64,000 nucleotides of DNA. It comes from Eledone cirrhosa (Eukaryota). How positions within the stretch are numbered: position 1 is the first letter of the stretch; each line of letters begins with the position of its first letter. Both the position numbers and the translations under genes were made by a program. Shown here piece by piece: positions 57,144 to 64,000 of the stretch. The stretch lies in NCBI GenBank assembly GCA_964016885.1, contig OZ024747.1, forward strand, positions 54,932,001-54,996,000, read 5' to 3'. Under the pieces are notes generated by a model. The model worked only from the letters and a program-made list of their open reading frames with translations, searched no databases and was not told the origin of the DNA.

Positions 57144-58250
57144 CACACACATACATACACACACACATACATACACAGACATATGCACACATACATGCAC
57201 ACAGGCTCACATCGAAATACATACGTACAGAGAAACACATACACACACATATACACACACATGCTCACACACACAAGCTGACATCGTCACACACACGTAC
57301 AGAGTTATACATACACACATACACATGCTCACACACATACACAAGCACACATATATACACATGCTCACATAGAAACACACACGTTCAGAAACACACATAC
57401 TCACAGCAATATATATACACAAACTTACGAATGACAAATAGTATACAAAAATCAAATGAAATGTAATCTGAAAAAAGAGAAATGTTGGAATAAGAATATG
57501 CATGCATAGTAACAACAACATCATCACCAACAACAACAGCAACAACAAAAATAATAACAACAATGAATATAACAACAATAACAACACTTACAACAGAAAC
57601 ACCATCGCCACTACCACCACCACAACAGCAAATCAACAAAAAGCACAACGACAACATCAACAGAAACACAACCACCGGTATCACCACCAACAACAGGAAC
57701 AAACAAAAAAAAAACTAGAACAACAACACCAACAGCAACAAATTTCCCACTACCACCACCAACAACAGCAACAACAGCAACAACAAAAAGTTCAACAACA
57801 ACAACATCAACAACAAAAAGCGCAACAACACCAACAGCAACAAATTCTGCACTACCACCATCACCAGCGACAAAATCACCACAACCATAAACAGCAATAA
57901 CAACAACAACAATATCATCCAGAAGAGCAATCAAAATCGTAAAAGAAATACAAATAAAATGGTTGGCGAGAGGAAAAAAAAATGTATTTTGACAAATTTC
58001 AAGATGGATGAAAAGACAGTTGCTTAAATGATGACAAGCAAATAGCTGCAAGGGGAAAGATTTCATCATTATGGGATAACTTTCGAGAAAAATATATAGC
58101 AATTAATCAGCACAGAGCGAGCTGTAAAGAAGATTTTTAATGCTTGCACAAATTGGATGAAGCTTTGCGACACGAGGCACACATTTCAAAAGCATCATCA
58201 AATGTAATTACATTGGTTTCGCATTAAAAATAAAACACATGTACACGTAC

Positions 58251-58324
<74 letters not shown>

Positions 58325-59063
58325 GGGATGATGATGGTGGTGGATACTGTTATGGTTAAGATAAAGACGATGATCGTCGTGACGGTTGATATGCTTATGG
58401 ATGTGATGGTGGAGGTGCTGGTGCAGTGATGGTGGTGGCGTTGGTGGTTTTCCTGGAGAACATTGTGATGATAGTGATTATAATGAAGATAAAGATAATG
58501 ATGCTGGTGATGATGATGATAATAATATGGGGATGATGGTGATAATGATGACAGTGGTTATGTTAATTCTGATTTTAATAATGGCGATGTTGATGATGAG
58601 AATTATAGTGATGAGAGAAGCGGCAATGATGATGCCGGTGATGTGTGTGATAGTGGGAGAGGACACGGTGTTTGTGGTTATGATGTTGATGATGATGATG
58701 AAGGTGAGTGTTGGAGATGAGGATATGAATGATGATGTCGTTGATGAAGATTATTATAATATAGATTATTATAATGATGATGATGATGATGATGATGAGG
58801 AGGAGGAGGAGGAGGAGGAGGAGGAGGAGGAGGAACGTGAGGGGGTGTAGGGAGAGGAGGCGGCGGCGGAGGGACTGGATATTAATAATAAAATAGAAAC
58901 AGAAACTTCGAAAAGAAATATTAATAGAAATAATATGAAAAATATAAAAAAAAACAGACTCATTCTGGGAATTAATATAAAAGAAAGACTCTTGTTTCAT
59001 TATATTCACACACACACACACAAACATACACACACATGCATGCCTATATCTCTCTCTCTCTCT

Positions 59064-59173
<110 letters not shown>

Positions 59174-59686
59174 TTACATACTTTCAATCATACATATAAA
59201 TGTGTATATATATATGTGTGTGTGTATTTGTATGTATACATGTGTGTGTGTGTATGTGAGTGCGAGTGTATATATGTGTGTGTATATTCTTCAATCGATA
59301 TTATTATTATTATCATCATCATCATTAATTGGAATAATTAATAATTTCATATTGAACCGTGTCTCATCATTTTCACAGTTTGAAGACGTTTGAAGACGAA
59401 TCTGTGTTATTTGTTGCCTTAAGTTAGCGACCAAAGTCCCACCAATAGAGTTACCTCTTATATAAATTCACTGTCATCTTTCGAGGTAATTACATCGTTA
59501 GTTATTTGCATGTGATGTTTAATTACATTGATTTAAATATATTAGATGTGTGATAGATATACAGAATTGAAGTTGATCGATACATATTTAAATTCCAACA
59601 CTTTCACGGCTGACTATATTTATAGCTTTCAAGATTTTACTTGTGTTGTTGCCGTTATTGTCATTAATGTTGTTGTCACCCATTCA

Positions 59687-59717
<31 letters not shown>

Positions 59718-59830
59718 CTTCTTCTTCTTCTTCTTCTTCTTCTTCTTCTTCTTCTTCTTCTTCTTCTTCTTCTTCTTCTTCTTCTTCTTCTTCTTCTTCT
59801 TCTTCTTCTTCTTCTTCTTCTTCTTCTTCT
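59687..59830. repeat. Perfect (TTC)n microsatellite
   Basis: Directly visible. Confidence 0.97.
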
Positions 59831-60870
59831 AGACAAGTTGGAGATTTTGAGAGACATCCTACGCGAACTAGGATGTGGAAGATCCGTTTTACTATTTGCC
59901 GACGACGTCACCGTAGTGCTCTCAAGCAGCAAACATATTGAGTTCATCGACACCGCTCTGAAGTAATAAAGACACGATAACAAATTAATCAGGTGAGCTT
60001 GCGGCACCCAGAGAGACAAGTCTATGCCGTCCAGCAACGACTCCTGACATTGGACGGATGGGCAGGTTAAATTGTTCGGGGCCTGGTTTAGACAAGACCT
60101 CTAAATGCACAAAAGGATTAGGTAACGAGGAGGGTGGCCTCACTCACCCAGAAATGGGCCGAGAGGAAGCTATCTCTGAAAGGTCGGGCACAGATTGCAA
60201 ATGCGCATATCACGTCCGTCATCTACTAATGACTGGATATCCATGACAGATCGCACTGGAGCGTTTGCTCTTTGGCATTTTGTGGAAGGGACGCGTGCCA
60301 ATTACCAGACGGTCCATTTGCTGCCAACAGCTGCTAAGTGGAGGACTGGACATACGTTTGGGCAACGTCAATTCCATCTTTACCTGGACGGTCAACTGAT
60401 GTGGTCACCCTTTGCTTGACGGTGTTTTCTACAGATCGTTTTATTGACAATTCTGCAATTCTTCATCCAAACGAACACCGAGAGTGAGCGATTGGAAACT
60501 TGAACGTCTTCAAGCGCTCAGAGCATTCAGCCACCCAGATATTTAGATCAGTGGAAACACGACCTTTGTTTTCTATAGAGAGTTAGTGGTAGGAAATATC
60601 GATGCTGTCTTGGGAAATCTCTGGAGTACGACGAACATCAACTAGCCACTATTTTCCTGAGGACTTTCAAACAGGGTCCCATATATAACTTCCAGAAATA
60701 CATGTTCAGGCAGCGCTATCGAGGAGCTTTGCCAATTCGAGTTAAAATCTACAGACATGTAAAATGCGGTTAGCTGGGCTCGTCCGTAATACGCACATGA
60801 CAACTAAACGGCCTTGGACCGACTCATTCAGTGACCGAGTAGCAAACAAAAATATCTTACAAAAGGCGAT
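59831..60870 (+). pseudogene. Degraded L1/Tx1-clade LINE RT fragment
   Basis: LFADDVTVVLSS catalytic motif, then HWTDGQVKLFGAW and KWAERKLSLKGRAQIAN (L1-type W....LSL.GR). Multiple stops. The 3' boundary is uncertain. Confidence 0.75.
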
Positions 60871-61626
60871 TTAAGAAGAGTACAATAGTAGTTTTATGGA
60901 AACATTTACATTGAGGTATATAAAAATAAAACCAATACATTTTCAATGTATCCTTATTTATTTTGCACTAGATTTTATTTTGGAGAGATCCATCTAACAC
61001 AACCAGCAACTTGGTAGAGGAACAAGGTTATAGGACGCTCAATAAAGTTTGATATATCAGTACTCTGATATATTTACAGATAGGTATGCAAGTATGTATA
61101 TATTTATGTATTTATGTATATATGTAGGCATGCGTGTTTGTGTGTGTGTGTCTTTTGTCATGTCTATATGCACCACCATTTTCTATAATTCTAGACTTCA
61201 GTTCCATCATATATACATCCGTCACTGCATTCATAGGAGGGTCAGTCCCACAAGTTCACATACACAGACATACACAGAAATTCAAACAAATATATATAAT
61301 TATGTGTGTCTATAGGCACATTCAGAACGCATGCGCATACACATACACACACATAAGCATATATATATATGCATACATATACATTGAAAACTTATGGATA
61401 GCCATGTAATGGGTTTAAGTTTTGAATGGGTGTGATGCAAAGCGTTTTACTAAAAAAGCAATTGTCATCCATAAGCGGTTATTATGGATCAAAATATACT
61501 CTACGTTTGCATTCTCCCCTGGGATTTGCCCCCCATATAGCCTTTCCATTGGCCCCTATATGAAGCTAGAAGTAGAGGCATATAAATACATTAAATACAA
61601 CAAAATTATATACGTGCATACATCTG

Positions 61627-61672
<46 letters not shown>

Positions 61673-62014
61673 CATGTATAACTATGCCTACATATCTGTT
61701 TAATGATCTTTCTTCATATATGCACAAAACACACAGATATATGTATATATATATATATACATGCGTACATGCATACAATACATACATACATATATACATA
61801 TATGCATACCCAGTATGACCTCAGCCTATCGGGTGGGACATTAAGTTCTGTAATATTATGTATGTGTAGTTATATATGTGTATGAGTATATATTCGTATA
61901 TATATGTATATATACGAATATATACTCATACACATATATATCTACACATACATCATTTTACAGAACTTAATATACACATGTGTCTGTGTCTGTGTGTGTG
62001 TATATATTTATATG

Positions 62015-62060
<46 letters not shown>

Positions 62061-62062
62061 CT

Positions 62063-62174
<112 letters not shown>

Positions 62175-62909
62175 GTTATAGAGTCATTTATATAAAAGTA
62201 ACAGAACAAATTGCGTAAATTATGCCTTATATGCGAAAGAAACAATGTAGAATAATCTTCCACGACTTGACAACATCTCATCATTTCGCCATGTCATCTT
62301 CACGTACATCATATTCTTCAAGTAAATCCATCAAAACCATTCCTCTCATTCATATCTGAAGCATACCCCAGCCACACAATGTATTAACATTTCTTATTTT
62401 CATAATTACATATAAGGGCTAACTGACATCTTCAGAAACTAATTTACAAAATCATTACTGACTGACTAACAAAATGGCCGCCTTTTTTCTCAAGAATATT
62501 TACGCTACAAAATACACAAAAAGAAACCAAACTAAAAAATAAACATATAACAAAAAAGCAAAAAAGCATGTTTAGCGGTAGAGAGACATGAATTTTCAAT
62601 CTGTAATTAAACCCACATACTTTCGCCTTTATTGAATTTCACCAATATTTATTGTTTATTATTGTTTTTTGTTAAGTATTATTATTATTTATTTATTAAC
62701 TAATTTGTTTATTTATTTGTTTGTTTATAGTATTTATGCTTATTGCTATTGCTTTATTCATAATGTTTTATTCATTGTACGCTTATATATATATATATTT
62801 GTGTGTACGTGTTTATATATATATATGTGCGTGTGTGTGTATGTGTGTGTATATGTATACATATATTTATATATATATATGTACATATATATGTGTGTAA
62901 GTGTGTATG

Positions 62910-62952
<43 letters not shown>

Positions 62953-63887
62953 ATGTATATGCGTGTGCGTGTATATATAAACTTTTGCATGGGAAATATT
63001 TCCTATATAATTGTTATATATAGTATATATTACAGTTATCATTAATATTATTATCTTTTATACATTCTTGGTGACGAGAGGAGATGATGAGATTGATTGA
63101 AGCGGGGGAGGAAACACACACACATACTCACAAATACTCACAAAAACACAGACCCCCACACACTCATATGTATATATGCATGTATGTATGTGTGTACGTA
63201 TTTATGCATGTAATTATATATAAAAAAAAAAACAGAACAGTTCGATGACTGCAACAACATTACCCTGCAGGGATGTTGTGAAGAAATACATTTAAAAAGT
63301 AAAAAATAATCAGAAAACTGGAATTATTAACAACCCTAGAAAGTTTTCTATAAATAATTGTCATCTGAACTAAAAGACTCACTTAACAAAATGGCGTATT
63401 TTTTCGAAGTCAATTTTTCATATACAAACGTTTGGAAACAAACATCTTTCTCTGAAGTTAGAGAAATAAATAGGGAGTTATATGTGTATTTATGCTGTCA
63501 GTGGGATATTTTAAGTGATTTTACCATGCATTTCTTTTCTATTTGTTTCCAGAAATGTCCATTTGTATTGAGCTATTTATTATTGTTGCTCATGTTTCGG
63601 TTATGTTGGAGTTATATGATGTTATGTTACGAGATGATATGGTTTCATTGTAATTATGCGTTTATTGTGTTATTCAATCTGCAACTTGCTTTCATAACCC
63701 TTAATTCGTACACTTTCATTTTCATTGGAATTATTCATATTCCACCATACAATACACACACATACACACATACACAGAGACACACACATGACCATACATG
63801 TTTACGTACATATATATAGACTGTCATTCATACAGACGCATACATTCTCTCTCTTATATGTATATATATAAATGTGTGTGTGTGTGC

Positions 63888-63922
<35 letters not shown>

Positions 63923-63931
63923 CGCACATAC

Positions 63932-63984
<53 letters not shown>

Positions 63985-64000
63985 AATATATATATATATA

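Noticed and set aside
57502-57900. Q/N/H-rich 132-aa ORF
   Set aside because: Degenerate (CAA/CAC)n low-complexity DNA with no exon evidence.

Overview
Gene-poor, AT-rich eukaryotic DNA, probably intronic or intergenic. The SINE repertoire (Nin-domain and CORE-type tRNA SINEs) and the extreme (TA)n/(CA)n/(TTC)n load suggest an octopus or other coleoid cephalopod (inference). I found no host protein-coding exon, and nearly all supplied ORFs are microsatellite translations. The real content is mobile-element debris: Penelope-like element (PLE) fragments including two Naiad-type GIY-YIG endonuclease pieces, RTE and L1/Tx1 LINE remnants, SINEs, a hAT MITE and a cluster of non-autonomous Helitrons. 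The most striking signal is about 17 type I hammerhead ribozyme (HHR) motifs with intact cores, from several unrelated families, nearly all embedded in (TA)n tracts and often in fold-back pairs. The best candidate new system is a 3.6-copy tandem array of a 467-bp hairpin-rich non-coding unit (43928-45621) with one HHR per complete unit and an octamer motif. A diverged solo monomer at about 9985-10315 shows compensatory stem changes. Together these look like a retrozyme or newt-satellite-2-like circular RNA family. All folds and alignments were done by eye and need computational confirmation.
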